The translations under genes were made by a program, and so were the position numbers. This document shows positions 63,401 to 64,000 of a stretch of 64,000 bases of DNA, piece after piece. Where the stretch lies: assembly GCA_907165135.1 (NCBI GenBank), contig OU015568.1, forward strand, positions 10,602,001-10,666,000, in the 5' to 3' direction. Position 1 is the first letter of the stretch. Each line of letters starts with the position of its first letter. The notes below the pieces were generated by a model that worked only from the letters and a program-made list of their open reading frames with translations, did no database searches and was not told where the DNA came from. The stretch is from Oikopleura dioica. Its lineage: Eukaryota; Animalia; Chordata.

Positions 63401-64000
63401 ACTCAATCATTTCCTACAGAATCAAGACATTCTTGTCAAGCCAAACGAAATCGCTGCTTGTGGATTCGATGATAGCTTCACGGAGCAGCAGAAAGAAAAT
63501 CTCATTCGTCTTCAGAGACGAGTGAAGCATTTTGGCAACTTGGATTCGGCAATCTCCAGCAACCTAGCGGCAATCAAATCATGGATGGATAATAAGACTA
63601 CAGAGCTTCCAAGTCTTTACGACTCGTCTAACGACTCTCCAGTTTGGCAAGCAGCTCAAAAGCTTCTTATCAATCAAGCTTTGAAGCCATCAAAGGTAGG
63701 AGTTTTTTTTACCTAAAACGTTCAACGAATATTTTAGATCATTGAATCTTCTCGAAACTTTGTCTCCACAGTCTTCAACGGCCTTTTCGATCAGTCTGAG
63801 CTTACTTGCGCCGATGTTACCGGCCAAGTCGCCCCGAATCAGCCTGTCATTCTCGCCTCACTACCTGGAACCGATGCTTCTTACGTCGTAGATGATCTCG
63901 CACGTTCACTCCAGAATGAAATGACATCTGTTGCGATGGGATCTCCAGAAGGATTCACAGAAGCTGAGAAGGCGATTTCAACTGCTTCTCGATCTGGAAA
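51495..64000 (+). CDS. DYNC1H1: Cytoplasmic dynein 1 heavy chain (5' part, truncated by the window; apparent 1-nt frameshift at ~52408-52411)
   Basis: Tail motifs [12 protein letters not shown] and [22 protein letters not shown]-loops [24 protein letters not shown] and GTSGSGKT, followed by the stalk coiled coil. Confidence 0.98.

Noticed and set aside
52421-63406. Numerous antisense ORFs over dynein, and similar ones over MCCC1 and ATP13A
   Set aside because: Typical antisense shadows of long coding exons, with no recognisable domains.

Overview
Compact, intron-rich animal genomic DNA. Many ~40-50 nt introns, operon-like gene clusters with an AG acceptor just before the ATG, GA-AG and GC-AG introns and chordate-type genes point to an appendicularian tunicate such as Oikopleura (inference, no database search). 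Genes in order: Otx 3' end; DHRS1; a tight minus-strand cluster (MRPL45, DTD1, CCCH zinc-finger protein, ATP13A P5B ATPase); cytoplasmic actin with CArG boxes; a second minus-strand cluster (BORA, SHPK, orphan, RNASEK); a C2H2 zinc-finger gene; MUS81; MCCC1; two small membrane proteins; an Ig/FN3 receptor (BOC/CDON-like); a coiled-coil ORF split by one stop; a small secreted/TM protein; TBC1D2-like; and the 5' part of DYNC1H1. Several non-autonomous TIR elements are visible with their target-site duplications. The best finding is a 570-bp hAT-like MITE inside the Ig/FN3 coding sequence: its 8-bp TSD (CAGAAGGT) supplies both the splice donor and the acceptor, so it behaves as a new in-frame intron adding one codon. 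All exon boundaries were read by eye.
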